Source: an uncultured Opitutales bacterium (GTDB lineage: Bacteria; Verrucomicrobiota; Verrucomicrobiia; Opitutales; CAYWEO01). Taken from it: DNA of 64,000 nt. This document shows, piece by piece, positions 1 through 10,762 of the stretch. Each line of letters starts with the position of its first letter. The stretch's first letter is position 1. The translations under genes and the position numbers were made by a program. The stretch is taken from NCBI GenBank assembly GCA_964457855.1, contig CAYWEO010000001.1:81747-145746 (forward strand), read 5' to 3'. The notes below the pieces were generated by a model. The model was not told where the DNA came from. It saw only the letters and a list, made by a program, of their open reading frames with translations, and made no database searches.

Positions 1-224
1 TCGAGCTTGTTGATGCAAAAAACGGGATCCATGGCATGGCCTTGTTTGCCGTCATCGAAGTTGATGATGAGTCGGTTATTGATTTCATCGTAATCGACAA
101 TTTGTCCAAACCCCCAGCTGTTATGGATACAGAAACTTCCCTTCTCCATGGCTTCCAATTTTTCCCTAAACTCTTTGAGTTCAGGTTTTTTTTCTAAGAT
201 GAGATCAATAAACGCTTTATTCAT
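1..224 (-). CDS. 5' end of an unidentified protein gene running off the window start
   Basis: ATG at 224 (minus strand), open to base 1. Translation: MNKAFIDLILEKKPELKEFREKLEAMEKGSFCIHNSWGFGQIVDYDEINNRLIINFDDGKQGHAMDPVFCINKL... Absent from the track because there is no stop in the window. No family recognised with confidence. Confidence 0.45.
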   Translation of the reverse strand, partial: MNKAFIDLILEKKPELKEFREKLEAMEKGSFCIHNSWGFGQIVDYDEINNRLIINFDDGKQGHAMDPVFCINKL

Positions 225-390
225 AGAAAAACTTGTGTTAAATGCATATGAATCATGAAATTGAAAATAAGACAATCAAATAGTAAAAAAACAAAAAAAA
301 GTACTCATGATACACTTTTTTCTTGGCATAAGAAAAAAAAGGCACTTTAATGCAGAAACATACCGGAAATACTGGTTGTTGCCTGCTTTT

Positions 391-1071
391 ATGTTTTGTG
401 TCGTTGCTGTTGACGGAGGTGCGAGTTCGGGGAAAAGTACCGCCAGCCGTCTGTTAGTGAATCATCTCCCAGGGGGATTGCTTTTGGATACGGGGATGCA
501 CTACCGAAGTCTTACGCATTGGATCCTTAAGGAGGGGATTCGCGTGGATGATATCGAGAGAATTTCTCGATGGGTCGGACATTTGGAGTTCGGCACGTGG
601 ATTGAAAACAAGCAATCCATGATCGTGGTTAATGATCGTTTAGTCAGATCATCGGCTTTAAAATCGGCGGAAATTAATGCCAATGTTTCCAAAGTTGCCG
701 CCGTTCCCGCCGTGCGTCAGTCTTTGGGAGCCTATCAGAAGCATCAGAAAGTCGTTGCGCGATCGAACGGATACAATTACTTGATCGTGGAGGGGCGTGA
801 TATCGGGACGGTGATTTTCCCGGATGCAGACCATAAATTCTTTTTAGAGGCTGACGATGTGATTCGCCAAAAACGCAGGAATGAGGAAGGCTTGACTGAT
901 TCCGTTCATGAGCGAGATTTGGCAGATAGTGCGCGGAATGTGGCGCCTTTAGCGTGTGCGAAAGATGCCATCAGAATTGACACGACCCATCAATCTCCCG
1001 AGGAAGTCCTTGAAATCATGGTGCAGAAAGTCTTCAACGTAGATGAAATCGAGTTTGATAAGTCATTTTGA
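391..1071 (+). CDS. cmk: cytidylate kinase
   Basis: Track ORF 307-1071. Start moved to ATG 391, just before the P-loop VAVDGGASSGKST. DTGMHYRSLT and EGRDIGTV motifs are typical of Cmk. Confidence 0.85.
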   Translation: MFCVVAVDGGASSGKSTASRLLVNHLPGGLLLDTGMHYRSLTHWILKEGIRVDDIERISRWVGHLEFGTWIENKQSMIVVNDRLVRSSALKSAEINANVSKVAAVPAVRQSLGAYQKHQKVVARSNGYNYLIVEGRDIGTVIFPDADHKFFLEADDVIRQKRRNEEGLTDSVHERDLADSARNVAPLACAKDAIRIDTTHQSPEEVLEIMVQKVFNVDEIEFDKSF

Positions 1072-1147
1072 AGGTCAAAGCCGCGAGGCTGAATTTTTGC
1101 GAAATAAAGCATTGCCTTGGTCGTGGAATTTTTGTTAAAATGCCTTC

Positions 1148-2128
1148 ATGAAGGTTCGTTTTTTCGGCACGAGGGGTTCCCTGCCGGCCTCTTGCAATCA
1201 AGGTGTTTTTCATGATAAGTTAAAAGCGATTTTGAAAGAGGCGCGTAGCTGTATCCTCGAAACGGATGCCTCCGTAGAGGAATTTATTAGAACTCACAAC
1301 ACGGGCGATTTGTGTAAAACCTTTGGGACGAATACCTGTTGCGTGGAACTGGAAACTGGCTGCGCGGATCAATATTTGCTGTTGGATGCCGGAACTGGAG
1401 TGCGTGATTTTTCAGAAGATTACGTGAAAAAAGGTTTAATGAACAAGCCCGCAACGTTTCACTTTTTTATTTCGCATTTGCACTGGGATCACATTCAGGG
1501 ATTTCCGTTTTTTATGCCGCTTTACGACAGCAAACAGACGATTGTCATCCACGGATGCCATTCCGAAATGGAGGCTGCGTTTAGTCGGCAAATGATGTCT
1601 CCTCACTTCCCTGTTTCGTGGGATACCGTTAAGGGCAATGTTCATTTTGAACTACATTCCGAGGAAAAATCGTTTGACGTGTGTGGGTTTCACGTGTCGG
1701 CTATTCAGCAAAATCATCCAGGCGTATCCTATGGGTACCGCTTTGAAAAGGCCGGGAAAACGATTGTTTACTCAACGGATTGCGAACACACGGAGGACAA
1801 TGCCGACGAGCAGGCAGCGTTCATTCATTTTTTTCGGTACGCAGATTTGTTGATCTTCGACGCTATGTATTCGTCGTTGGATGCGAGCACGCTGAAAATG
1901 CATTGGGGACATTCGGATAATCTTTTTGCCGTGCGATTTGCTTGTGAGGCGCGCGTGAAGCAACTCGCTCTGTACCATCATGAAGCAACGCACTCGGATG
2001 CGATGTTAGAGAAATTTTATCACGATACTGTGCAGTACGCGAATTTGTACCAAGAAGAGCATTCTGTGGAGCATTTTTACTTGCCGAAAATTGCCGTTTC
2101 GTACGATGGGATGATTTTAGACGTTTAA
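1148..2128 (+). CDS. MBL-fold metallo-hydrolase, specific function unknown
   Basis: HxHxDH metal-binding motif (FISHLHWDHIQG) in a 326-aa ORF. Confidence 0.7.
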   Translation: MKVRFFGTRGSLPASCNQGVFHDKLKAILKEARSCILETDASVEEFIRTHNTGDLCKTFGTNTCCVELETGCADQYLLLDAGTGVRDFSEDYVKKGLMNKPATFHFFISHLHWDHIQGFPFFMPLYDSKQTIVIHGCHSEMEAAFSRQMMSPHFPVSWDTVKGNVHFELHSEEKSFDVCGFHVSAIQQNHPGVSYGYRFEKAGKTIVYSTDCEHTEDNADEQAAFIHFFRYADLLIFDAMYSSLDASTLKMHWGHSDNLFAVRFACEARVKQLALYHHEATHSDAMLEKFYHDTVQYANLYQEEHSVEHFYLPKIAVSYDGMILDV

Positions 2129-2194
2129 CTGTTTTTGGAGGTTGACAATCGCGATAGCAAAAGAGATCTTTAGTAAATATCAACTATTTAAGCT

Positions 2195-2353
2195 ATGGAA
2201 TCAACGTATCGTCAGCCGTCGAATTTGAAAAGAAGGCGCAAATGTGGGTTTAGAGGGCGTATGAAAACGCGTGGTGGTAGAGCCATTCTCAGGAGACGTC
2301 GTCAGATTGGCAGGAAGTCCTTGTGTCATCAAAGAAAGTTACGTCGCGTTTAG
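2195..2353 (+). CDS. rpmH: 50S ribosomal protein L34
   Basis: 52-codon ORF below the track cut-off: [43 protein letters not shown]... This fits the L34 pattern and is followed by rnpA, as in most bacteria. Confidence 0.9.
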   Translation: MESTYRQPSNLKRRRKCGFRGRMKTRGGRAILRRRRQIGRKSLCHQRKLRRV

Positions 2354-2363
2354 TTATTTCCGG

Positions 2364-2717
2364 ATGAGAGAACGTATTCGGTCTTTGAGTCAACAAAGCG
2401 AGTTTGATCGTCTTTATAAAAAAGGCAAGCGCTTGCACGGCAATTGCTTGACGATGCGTTTTTTGAAGACTCCGGAACCTCCTGAAGATGTGGCGCAAGG
2501 CATTCGGTGGTCGGTCGTTGTTTCAAGAAAAATTGGAATGGCTGTTGAGCGTAATCGCGTTAAACGTCGCGTTAGGGCATTGATCCGTACACATCGGGAT
2601 GTTGTTCCGCCAGTTTGCCGCTTTCTCTTAATCGCAAAGAAACCTTTCAATGAATCCTCTTACGGGGCTTTGGAGGCGGACGTTTGCCAATTCCTGGAGA
2701 AGGTGTCTCATGCGTAA
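2364..2717 (+). CDS. rnpA: RNase P protein component
   Basis: Track ORF 2271-2717 (GTG start) trimmed to ATG 2364, 11 nt after the rpmH stop. Basic protein with [16 protein letters not shown] (RNR-type motif). Confidence 0.8.
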   Translation: MRERIRSLSQQSEFDRLYKKGKRLHGNCLTMRFLKTPEPPEDVAQGIRWSVVVSRKIGMAVERNRVKRRVRALIRTHRDVVPPVCRFLLIAKKPFNESSYGALEADVCQFLEKVSHA

Positions 2718-3012
2718 TCAACGTCAGCGAGGGGTTTTAGACTTGTTAAACCGTTGTCTAAGAATGATTTGGCGGCTGCTTGTGGAGGTGTGTTTCAAGA
2801 CCTATCGCTGGGGAATTTCGCCGCTTTTGAGGGCCGTCATTGGAACGAGCGGGGAATGCCGATTTTATCCCACGTGTTCTCATTATGCGAGAGAAGCCTT
2901 GAAGCGTTACGGGCCGTTAAGGGGGACCTATTTAGCGTTCAACCGGATTTTGCGTTGCCATCCCTTTGCTGCAGGGGGATATGATCCCTTACCCCATTTT
3001 AACAAACAATAA
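2710..3012 (+). CDS. yidD: membrane protein insertion efficiency factor YidD
   Basis: Signature [15 protein letters not shown]...[20 protein letters not shown] 2710 overlaps the rnpA stop. Confidence 0.8.
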   Translation: MRNQRQRGVLDLLNRCLRMIWRLLVEVCFKTYRWGISPLLRAVIGTSGECRFYPTCSHYAREALKRYGPLRGTYLAFNRILRCHPFAAGGYDPLPHFNKQ

Positions 3013-3019
3013 AATTTTT

Positions 3020-4798
3020 ATGGAAAAAAAAGATCTCTTATTAGGAAGTGTGTGCTTAATCGCCGCGATGGCCTTGATTTTCAAGCAAGGAAATGATGCG
3101 CGGACGACGTCAGGGGTGGAGCCTCGCGATGCGCAATCCATTGTCGCGCAACAAAAACAAGGGGGGCCGCTGACAAAAGAACCCATACCCCCCCCTATCT
3201 CAGTGGATGCTTTAACGACAACGCAATCCATGTTTAAAAAGGTCGCTCCGGAGCAGATTTTGAAGGCGAAAGAGAAGGTGCAAAAAGTCATTCAGGAGCA
3301 ATTTGTTACGTTGGAAAATGACTGCATTCGCGTGCGTTTTACAAACCTTGGGGGTGCGATCAAAGACGTTGAGCTGAAACGTTATCCGGCGGCTATCGAC
3401 AGCAAGGAGCCTTACATTTTCAACACGCAAGGGAACGATCCCGCGTTGGCGATCAGCGTTGCCTCAGGCGATTCTCAACTAACGACTTACGCGCCAAAAT
3501 ACACATTGGTGCAAAAGACTGACACCTCTCTGCAGTTTCTTTACGAAACCCCTGAAGGTATTCGCATTATTCGCGGATATCGATTGCAAAATGACAGCAA
3601 AAACCACGATGCGTACGTCATTGTTCATGAGACGAAATTCGTGAATCAAAGCTCAAATGCCTTTGATTTAAGCCGTATTTGCGTCAATTTGGGAACCATT
3701 CCTGCGACAAAAGGCGATCGTTATGGGGATTATTTAAATTTTGGTTGCTATAATGGGAAAAAAGGTCATTTCATTAAAGTAAGAGACTTTCATGGAAGCA
3801 GTGGTTTTCTCGGTTTCGGGGTTCGCGCATCCAGTGAGTTTCTTCAGGAATCGAAAAAGTACTTTACTTGGGGTGCCATAAAAAATCAGTTTTTTACGGC
3901 CGTTTTAACCCCGGAAGTTCCTGCGACAGGCTATTTTGTTCAACCAGTGCCCATTGATTCGGGGAAAGAAGAGGGAATTAATGGGCATCTGGAAATGAGT
4001 TTAGGCGTTTTGGAACCAAAAAAGGAAGGCCTCCTGCAAATGAATTATTACGTCGGTCCGAAGGAATATTTACGTCTTTCCAAATTAGGCCAAAATCAAG
4101 ATCAAGTGATGGAATTCGGCTTTTTCGGCGCCGTCAGTAAGTTGTTGCTCTTGTTGATGTTAGGCATCCATAAGGTGATTCCAAGCTGGGGTCTTACCAT
4201 CATTGTCATTACGGCAATCATTAAGCTCCTTCTGTGGCCGCTCACCAACTCTCAGGTCCGTTCCGCAAAACGCATGAACGAGATTCAAAAGCCGCTCAAA
4301 GACTTGAAGGCAAAGCACACCGGGAACCCCCAAAAGCTGCAGTCGGAGACCATGAAATTGTTCAAGGAGCATAAAATTAATCCCGCGGCTGGTTGTTTGC
4401 CGTTAATCATTCAATTGCCGCTTTTCATTGGTTTCTATTTCATGTTGCGGACGTGTTCGGAGATTCGCTTCCAGAAATTCCTATGGATCAGCGACTTATC
4501 GGTTTCTGACACCGTTTTCTACATCGCTAGCTTTCCGATCAACATCATGCCTCTCATCATGGCTGTTACGATGTTCATCCAGATGCGCATGACGCCCACC
4601 CCAACGACGGATGCCGTTCAGCAAAAGATGATGCAGTTCATGCCCTTACTGTTCGTGATTTTCTGCTACCACCTGCCATCCGCGTTGACCCTTTATTGGA
4701 CTGCGCAAAATATTTTTACGATCGTACAACAACTGTTGACCTCAAGAAAGAGCTTAGCCGGCGAAGTCGTCGTGCCGAAAAAACATCACAAGCGTTAA
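3020..4798 (+). CDS. yidC: membrane protein insertase YidC
   Basis: N-terminal TM segment, large periplasmic domain and C-terminal insertase core (WPLTNSQVRSAKRMNEIQ, GCLPLIIQLPLFIGFY). Start set at ATG 3020 within track ORF 2966-4798. Confidence 0.9.
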   Translation: MEKKDLLLGSVCLIAAMALIFKQGNDARTTSGVEPRDAQSIVAQQKQGGPLTKEPIPPPISVDALTTTQSMFKKVAPEQILKAKEKVQKVIQEQFVTLENDCIRVRFTNLGGAIKDVELKRYPAAIDSKEPYIFNTQGNDPALAISVASGDSQLTTYAPKYTLVQKTDTSLQFLYETPEGIRIIRGYRLQNDSKNHDAYVIVHETKFVNQSSNAFDLSRICVNLGTIPATKGDRYGDYLNFGCYNGKKGHFIKVRDFHGSSGFLGFGVRASSEFLQESKKYFTWGAIKNQFFTAVLTPEVPATGYFVQPVPIDSGKEEGINGHLEMSLGVLEPKKEGLLQMNYYVGPKEYLRLSKLGQNQDQVMEFGFFGAVSKLLLLLMLGIHKVIPSWGLTIIVITAIIKLLLWPLTNSQVRSAKRMNEIQKPLKDLKAKHTGNPQKLQSETMKLFKEHKINPAAGCLPLIIQLPLFIGFYFMLRTCSEIRFQKFLWISDLSVSDTVFYIASFPINIMPLIMAVTMFIQMRMTPTPTTDAVQQKMMQFMPLLFVIFCYHLPSALTLYWTAQNIFTIVQQLLTSRKSLAGEVVVPKKHHKR

Positions 4799-4825
4799 TA
4801 CCTCTCGCAACTAAAGGAGTCTGTC

Positions 4826-5548
4826 ATGTCAGGACATAGCAAATGGGCCACCACCAAGCGACATAAGGCGGTTATCGATTCAAAGCGCGGAAAAATCTTT
4901 AGTATCCTCGGCAAGGAACTCACCCTAGCGGCGCGCGACGGAGGCGGCAACCCGGAGTTCAATACACGCCTAAGGATGTTGATGGCCAAGGCAAAAGAGT
5001 CCAATATGCCCAACGATAACATCGATCGCGCGATCAAAAAAGGGACTGGCGAGTTGGAAGGCTTCACGATCGAACAAATTGTTTACGAAGGCTATGCCCC
5101 AGGTGGAGTTGGTGTCATCATCGAGGTCACCACTGACAACAAAAACCGCGCAGCTTCCGAGGTTCGCAGCACTTTGACGAAATTCGGCGGCACTCTCGCC
5201 GGCGCTGGCGCTCTCGCCTTCAATTTTCAAAAGAAAGGACAGTTTCTCATCGATGCCGAAGGTGTTTCCGAGGACGCTTTGATGGAACTCGCCCTCGAAC
5301 ATGGCGCCGAAGACGTCAAAAACAACGACGACCACTTCGAAGTCCTCTGCCCCGTCAAAGACTTCTACGCCCTCTCGAAAGCCTTCGAAGAGAAGAAAAT
5401 CGCCGTCGAATCCGCAGAACTTACCTACATCCCAAGTACCCAAACCGCTGTTACTGACCCCGAAATTGCCCAAAAAATCCTCAAACTCGTCGAAAAACTC
5501 GAAGAGCTTGAAGACGTCAAGGCCGTCTTCACTAATTTGGCGCCGTAG
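4826..5548 (+). CDS. yebC: YebC/PmpR family DNA-binding regulator
   Basis: Full-length match to the family pattern (MSGHSKWATTKRHKA...NIDRAIKKG). Confidence 0.9.
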   Translation: MSGHSKWATTKRHKAVIDSKRGKIFSILGKELTLAARDGGGNPEFNTRLRMLMAKAKESNMPNDNIDRAIKKGTGELEGFTIEQIVYEGYAPGGVGVIIEVTTDNKNRAASEVRSTLTKFGGTLAGAGALAFNFQKKGQFLIDAEGVSEDALMELALEHGAEDVKNNDDHFEVLCPVKDFYALSKAFEEKKIAVESAELTYIPSTQTAVTDPEIAQKILKLVEKLEELEDVKAVFTNLAP

Positions 5549-5551
5549 AAA

Positions 5552-5668
5552 CCGCGTCGCTTTTGAGCGGCGAGTTCGTTGCGCATTGTTCTCAATGCCA
5601 TCACGTACTACAGTACGCTCAGGCATCTCGGCCTCGCGCGCCTGCTCGTCATCTCAAAATCGAAGCGG
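5552..5668 (+). repeat. F2 long-hairpin repeat, subtype a
   Basis: Left end CCGCGTCGCTTTTGAG and right end CTCAAAATCGAAGCGG are complementary at 14/16 positions. Apex TCACGTAC-TACA-GTACGCTC. Starts 3 nt after the yebC stop. Confidence 0.85.
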
Positions 5669-5683
5669 TTTCTGCTCAGACAA

Positions 5684-5822
5684 GGGACTTCCGAACCTTT
5701 CAAAGAAAAGTCATATCGGAAGGCATTTTTGTGGCACAGAGTGCCAAAAAATGCCTTTCGAATTAAGAGTTTTTTTGGAAAGGGTACGGGAAAACCTATT
5801 TTTGCAAAAAATGGTTTTCCCG
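5684..5822 (+). repeat. F1 triple-hairpin mosaic repeat (A truncated; B, C intact)
   Basis: Right half of A only (about 5684-5710). B 5717-5760 (apical stem GTGGCAC/GTGCCAA). C 5787-5822. Confidence 0.85.
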
Positions 5823-5871
5823 TATAAAAATAGTTGATTCTCGTGAAAAAATATCTACTTTAGTCAGGATC

Positions 5872-6549
5872 ATGGGGAAGCATTTTTGGAATTTGTTGAT
5901 GGGGTGCGTGTTGGCGGTGTTGATTTCTGGGTGTGGGAGCACGACGGGGTTGAGTCCGAAAGATACGATTACGAAGGATGGGTATCAAGAGGGGCCCGAT
6001 TTTGTGGCGCCTGGGACTGCAGGAGGGGCTGGAGGAGCTCAGGGCGTGAATGGGGATTCCGCGACAATGCAGACGACAGGAGGTATGCCGGCGGAGCGTG
6101 ATGAGGCGTTTTTGAAGGGTTTGCAGGGGGATGTTTACGATTTAGTGAAGGGGAAAGAGGCGCAAGTAACGGTTTATTTTGAGTTTGACCAATCGGCGAT
6201 TCGGCCGAGCGATCGCGAGAAATTGCGCCAGTTTGCGGAGAGTTCCCATGGGGATGGGCGGTTTATTATCGTGGGTTGTTGCGACTGGTTTGGGCCGCGC
6301 GAGTACAATTTGGGTTTGGGCGAGAGACGGGCGAACGCTGTTATGAATTACTTAAAAATGATTGGCTTCATAAGTCCAATTGAAGTGTTGTCACGCAGCA
6401 ATTTAGATGCCGTTCAGGGATTATCCCGCGAGGATGCTTGGCGGGATCGCAATGGGGGCGTTTATAAGCTTCCTGGAAGTTCATCATCGAATGCGGGTGC
6501 TTCGACGAGTGCCACGGCGCCAGAAAATACTACAGATGTTGCTCAATAA
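5872..6549 (+). CDS. pal: peptidoglycan-associated lipoprotein (OmpA-C domain)
   Basis: Lipobox LISGC near the N-terminus. OmpA-like C-terminal domain (YFEFDQSAIRP, NLGLGERRANAV). Confidence 0.8.
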   Translation: MGKHFWNLLMGCVLAVLISGCGSTTGLSPKDTITKDGYQEGPDFVAPGTAGGAGGAQGVNGDSATMQTTGGMPAERDEAFLKGLQGDVYDLVKGKEAQVTVYFEFDQSAIRPSDREKLRQFAESSHGDGRFIIVGCCDWFGPREYNLGLGERRANAVMNYLKMIGFISPIEVLSRSNLDAVQGLSREDAWRDRNGGVYKLPGSSSSNAGASTSATAPENTTDVAQ

Positions 6550-6560
6550 GAACCGTTTGA

Positions 6561-7751
6561 ATGGGATTTTGTCGAGAGTTTTTCAAGAAAACTTCCGAAT
6601 CCTTCGAGCGGTTGATTGTGGATGTCATTTATGATCGAAAGACGGAGGGGTTGGGCGTTTGTTTATTGAGGTTGTTGCTGAGAGGCCTATCGTTGATTTT
6701 TACGCTCATTGTTCAAATTCGGTTGTTACTGTACAAAAACGGTCTTTTTAAGGCGCAACCCCTTGGGTGCCTAGTGATTGTTGTGGGGAATTTGACCGTT
6801 GGTGGGACTGGGAAGACGCCCGTTGTGGAGCAATTGGCGAAGGCTTTAACGCGGAAGGGGCGAAAGGTGGCGATTTTGAGCCGTGGCTACAAAAGCAAAG
6901 GAATTTCTCTTGGACGGCGGGCGCTTAATTGGCTGATTCACGCACCTGCATCGCCTCCGAAGGTGGTTAGCGACGGGAAAACGATCTTTTTGAACTCGGA
7001 ATATGCGGGTGATGAGCCCTACATGTTGGCGAAAAATCTGCAGGATGTTGTTGTCATTGTAGACAAGGATCGCGTGAAGGCAGGAAGGTACGCGATTCGG
7101 CATTTTGGTGCGGATACGTTGATTTTGGATGATGGTTTTCAGTATTTATCGCTCAAAGGGGTGCTCAATCTCGTTTTGGTCGACAAGACAAACCCTTTTG
7201 GGAACGGCAAGTTGTTGCCTTGCGGAATTTTACGTGAGCCCTTGAGCCGATTGAAGGACGCTTCGTATGTGTTGCTGACGAAATCCGATGGCGTCCGCGA
7301 TCTTCCCTTGGAAGCGATCATTCGCAAACACAATCAGGATGCGCAGCTCATCGAATGTCGTTATAAGCCAAAGTGTTTGAATGAAATTGGCGGCGAAATG
7401 ATTTTGACGTTATCGGAATTGGCTGGCCTAAAAGTCGCAAGTTTGGTGGGCATTGCGGTTCCGGAAAGTTTTGAGCAGTTTTTAGTGGAAAAAGGCGCTA
7501 AAATTGTTTACAGTAAGTGGTTTATGGACCATCATCGTTTTGACAAAGCGGATTTAAGGGAGTTTTTTCAGGCTGCCGTGGATGCGGGGGCTGAGCTCGT
7601 GCTGACGACGGAGAAGGATGCTGTCAGAATCGAGGAAAATTTTCAAAGCCAGCTGCCGTTTTACTATTTGAAGCTCGAAGTGGAGATTTTGTTGGGGAAA
7701 AATCTCGAGGATACCGTGTCGCGGATCTGCTTCCCCAAAAGCGTTCTTTAA
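6561..7751 (+). CDS. lpxK: tetraacyldisaccharide 4'-kinase
   Basis: Walker A context [13 protein letters not shown]. Length and architecture are typical of LpxK. Confidence 0.85.
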   Translation: MGFCREFFKKTSESFERLIVDVIYDRKTEGLGVCLLRLLLRGLSLIFTLIVQIRLLLYKNGLFKAQPLGCLVIVVGNLTVGGTGKTPVVEQLAKALTRKGRKVAILSRGYKSKGISLGRRALNWLIHAPASPPKVVSDGKTIFLNSEYAGDEPYMLAKNLQDVVVIVDKDRVKAGRYAIRHFGADTLILDDGFQYLSLKGVLNLVLVDKTNPFGNGKLLPCGILREPLSRLKDASYVLLTKSDGVRDLPLEAIIRKHNQDAQLIECRYKPKCLNEIGGEMILTLSELAGLKVASLVGIAVPESFEQFLVEKGAKIVYSKWFMDHHRFDKADLREFFQAAVDAGAELVLTTEKDAVRIEENFQSQLPFYYLKLEVEILLGKNLEDTVSRICFPKSVL

Positions 7752-7762
7752 ACCATCCGGCA

Positions 7763-10132
7763 GTGCGAAAAGTCAATTATACCGTTGAAGCGATTGAATT
7801 TTGGCTGAAGCAGTTAGCCACTGACTGGGAGCCTTTGCTGAAGCCGGAATGGATTTTGCGTGGTCGGTCCGCGTACCGCCAAAATCTTGTGAGCACGTTG
7901 GAATTGCACGTGGGGTATGCGATTGTCCAGTCGGCTTCGAAGGAGTCCACCGTGATTGAGTGGAACAAAAATGTCCTTGAGCTGCAAACATCTTCCGAGG
8001 ATCGCGAGGCTGGAATGACCCTCGGTGTTGCGGGAATTTATGAAATCGAGGCCATCGTTGCCGAGGTAGCTTCTCCGTTTCCATTTGAGGGAGCTATTGC
8101 GGAGCCGAAGCGCGAAATCGTGCCTATAAAGCCGCAATCGCTGCCCGTAAAGAAGAATTTGGTGCTGGAATTTTTCCTAAAACCGCCGAAATTTGGGTTT
8201 CGCGTCTTTTGGAACGAGGCGAATATTACGGCATCGCTGCAAGACGTTCTGAGGCAGCGTTCTCATTTTCAAGTGATTGATCGTGAACAAATCGTTCGGC
8301 TCATGTATCTCGCTAAGCAGCAATGGTTTGCGTTGAAGGATAATGCCTTTGTTTTGGAAAATTTGGCGGCAATTCCGGACTTTTTGAACCGCGTTGTGCC
8401 CAAATGGAAAAAGTACTTCGTTATCAAGATTTCAGACGACATTTTGCCGCTGAAGCAGGGTGTACGGGAGTTGTCGATGACGATGCGTGCGTTTCTAGAA
8501 AAAGACGGAAGTCTTTCCCTAAAAGCAACTTTTGACGATGGCGTTGAGGTTCCCGAGGAGTGGTTACGGCATGCGAATAAGACGCAATTGATGGAGGGAG
8601 GACGTCTTATTGCCTTGCGTCCCAAGAATTTAGAGTCGTTTAAGCGTTTCCGCGAGGTGTTGAAAAATGGGCATGGGAAGCCGTATTTGCTGTTTTCATT
8701 GGTCAATGCCGAAAATCTCGTGCTCGATGAACCTCTCGCGCAATGGAAAGAGGCGTTGTTAAAGACTCCACAAGAGCTTCCAGGGCAAACGTGTTTACGT
8801 CCGTATCAACGTGATGGGGTTGCCTGGATGCGGCATTTATTGAAGCAAGGCTGTAGCCCTTTGCTTGCTGACGAGATGGGGCTTGGGAAAACGCTTCAGG
8901 TGCTTGCGCTCCTTGATCTTGAGACAGAAACAGAGCAGGAGCTTCCCGATTTGGTCGTTTGTCCCGCGAGCGTTGTGTCGGTTTGGGAGGCAGAAATCCG
9001 GCGGTTTTTCCCGAATCGGCGTGTGCAGAAATTCTCTCAAGCGATTGACCAAACCTCTTTATGGATCGCGAGTTACAGTCAGTTACGGTACCACAGAGAG
9101 ATTCTAAAGACGCAGAAATTCCGGTATGCGATCTTGGATGAGGCGCAAATGATGAAAAATCCCCTGTCAAAGACTGCGCAGGCGTGTTTCGCGATTGACG
9201 CTCAGAATCGTTTGGCCCTCACCGGAACGCCCATTGAGAACAAGGATTTGGATTTTTGGTCCATTATGCACTTTTTGATGCCAGGGTTGCTCGGTTCGCG
9301 GTCGCAATTCCAGGAAATCGTCAAGACCCTCCCTCTATCCGCCATTCGCGCGCAACTGGCCCCCTTCTTCCTGCGGCGCACAAAGGCCGCCGTTGCAAAG
9401 GAATTGCCTCCAAAGATCGAAATGGAGCTGCCTTGCCCCCTCCTCGAAGAGCAGGCCAATCTCTACCACTACTGGAGTGAACGGGCGTTCGCGGATTTCA
9501 AAGAAAAAGGTCTTTCATCTCACGAGCGTTTCCACTTTCTCGCCCTCCTGATGAAATTGCGCCTCATTTGCTGCGACCCCGACCTCCTCAGGCCACAACT
9601 CTCCCACGAGCCCAAAAGCGGAAAAATCGTCGTTCTACTCGAAAAATTGGCCGCCTGTTTCGCGAATCAAAGCAAGGTCGTGATTTTCAGCCAATTTGTT
9701 AAACTGCTTAAAAACATCGAATTTTGGATCAAAAAGCAGTGGCCCGACCGCCCAATCCTCCTCCTAACGGGCGAAAGTCGCCAACGCGGCCGCCTCGTCG
9801 AACAGTTTCAGTCGACAGAACAGGCTATCATGCTCGTTAGCCTCCGCGCCGGCGGAACCGGCATCACTCTCCACTCCGCCGATACCGTTTTCATCGTCGA
9901 CCCCTGGTGGAATCCCGCCGTTGAGGACCAGGCTATCGACCGCGTCCACAGAATCGGCCAAAGCAACCCCGTTTCTGTCTACCGCCTCATCGCCTCCCAA
10001 ACCGTCGAAGAAGCTATCCAATCCCTCAAATCCAAGAAAAAAGCCCTCTTCCACTGCCTCATCTCCGGCGACTCATCCGTCAATTTCGGCGATAAGTTGC
10101 AAGAACTTTTAAGTTGGGTCGGGAAGAGGTGA
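7763..10132 (+). CDS. SNF2-family DNA/RNA helicase
   Basis: DEMGLGKTLQ (motif I), LDEAQMMKN (motif II), LVSLRAGGTGITL and QAIDRVHRIGQ (C-terminal helicase motifs). GTG start as in the track. Confidence 0.85.
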   Translation: MRKVNYTVEAIEFWLKQLATDWEPLLKPEWILRGRSAYRQNLVSTLELHVGYAIVQSASKESTVIEWNKNVLELQTSSEDREAGMTLGVAGIYEIEAIVAEVASPFPFEGAIAEPKREIVPIKPQSLPVKKNLVLEFFLKPPKFGFRVFWNEANITASLQDVLRQRSHFQVIDREQIVRLMYLAKQQWFALKDNAFVLENLAAIPDFLNRVVPKWKKYFVIKISDDILPLKQGVRELSMTMRAFLEKDGSLSLKATFDDGVEVPEEWLRHANKTQLMEGGRLIALRPKNLESFKRFREVLKNGHGKPYLLFSLVNAENLVLDEPLAQWKEALLKTPQELPGQTCLRPYQRDGVAWMRHLLKQGCSPLLADEMGLGKTLQVLALLDLETETEQELPDLVVCPASVVSVWEAEIRRFFPNRRVQKFSQAIDQTSLWIASYSQLRYHREILKTQKFRYAILDEAQMMKNPLSKTAQACFAIDAQNRLALTGTPIENKDLDFWSIMHFLMPGLLGSRSQFQEIVKTLPLSAIRAQLAPFFLRRTKAAVAKELPPKIEMELPCPLLEEQANLYHYWSERAFADFKEKGLSSHERFHFLALLMKLRLICCDPDLLRPQLSHEPKSGKIVVLLEKLAACFANQSKVVIFSQFVKLLKNIEFWIKKQWPDRPILLLTGESRQRGRLVEQFQSTEQAIMLVSLRAGGTGITLHSADTVFIVDPWWNPAVEDQAIDRVHRIGQSNPVSVYRLIASQTVEEAIQSLKSKKKALFHCLISGDSSVNFGDKLQELLSWVGKR

Positions 10133-10138
10133 ATAGAG

Positions 10139-10309
10139 CCGGGAAAACCATTTTTTACAAAAATAGGTTTTCCCGGACCCTTTCCAAAAAAATCTTTGTT
10201 CGGAAGGCATTTTAGTTCGGCCTGTAAGGCCGAACTAAAATGCCTTCCGATATCGCTTTTCTTTGGAGGGTTCGGGAACCTTTCTGTTCTTGGAACAGAA
10301 AGGTTCCCG
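10139..10309 (-). repeat. F1 triple-hairpin mosaic repeat, full copy (C-B-A on top strand)
   Basis: C 10139-10176. B 10201-10249 (apical stem AGTTCGGCC/GGCCGAACT). A 10273-10309. C starts 6 nt after the helicase stop. Confidence 0.9.
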
Positions 10310-10368
10310 AAAGAAAAGTTTCCGAATGCCATTGACAGCTTTGACAGAAACGGGTCATATAGATAGTC

Positions 10369-10494
10369 ATGAAGGTAGTGAATTCATTAAAGTGTTTGAA
10401 ATTGCGGCATGCGGACTGCAAGGTGGTGCGTCGCAAGGGGCGGGTATATATTATCAACAAGAAGAATCCTCGTTACAAGTGTCGTCAGGGGTAG
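10369..10494 (+). CDS. rpmJ: 50S ribosomal protein L36, YkgO-like (type 2)
   Basis: 41-codon ORF below the track cut-off: [41 protein letters not shown]. Confidence 0.85.
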   Translation: MKVVNSLKCLKLRHADCKVVRRKGRVYIINKKNPRYKCRQG

Positions 10495-10504
10495 GAGTTA
10501 GTTT

Positions 10505-10762
10505 ATGAAAAAGGAAGGTCATCCAAAGCTTAACGCGGTTTGTTTTAAAGATGTTTCCACTGGGAAGCGGTTTCTGGTGCGTTCGGCGATGCGTTCGAAG
10601 CAGACAGAAGTCATTGATGGAGAGGAGCATTTCCTAGTGATTCGTGATGTTACGTCGGATTCGCATCCTGCGTACACGGGAGAGAAGAGGTTTGTGGATA
10701 CTGCGGGCAGAGTCGAAAGCTTCAACCGTAGGTATAAACGCCGTGGCGATTTTGAGCGCTAG
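10505..10762 (+). CDS. rpmE: 50S ribosomal protein L31, type B
   Basis: MKKEGHPKLNAVCFKD...DVTSDSHPAYTG with no CxxC pair. The last codons and the stop lie inside the first F2 unit. Confidence 0.85.
   Translation: MKKEGHPKLNAVCFKDVSTGKRFLVRSAMRSKQTEVIDGEEHFLVIRDVTSDSHPAYTGEKRFVDTAGRVESFNRRYKRRGDFER

Noticed and set aside
5730-5746. TGGCAC in the apical stem of several F1 B modules, considered as a possible sigma-54 -24 element because rpoN is in the window.
   Set aside because: The partner arm gives TGGCAC-N3-4-GTGCCA. No TTGC sits at the required GG-N10-GC spacing. The motif is simply one arm of the hairpin. I found no convincing -24/-12 promoter elsewhere in the window.
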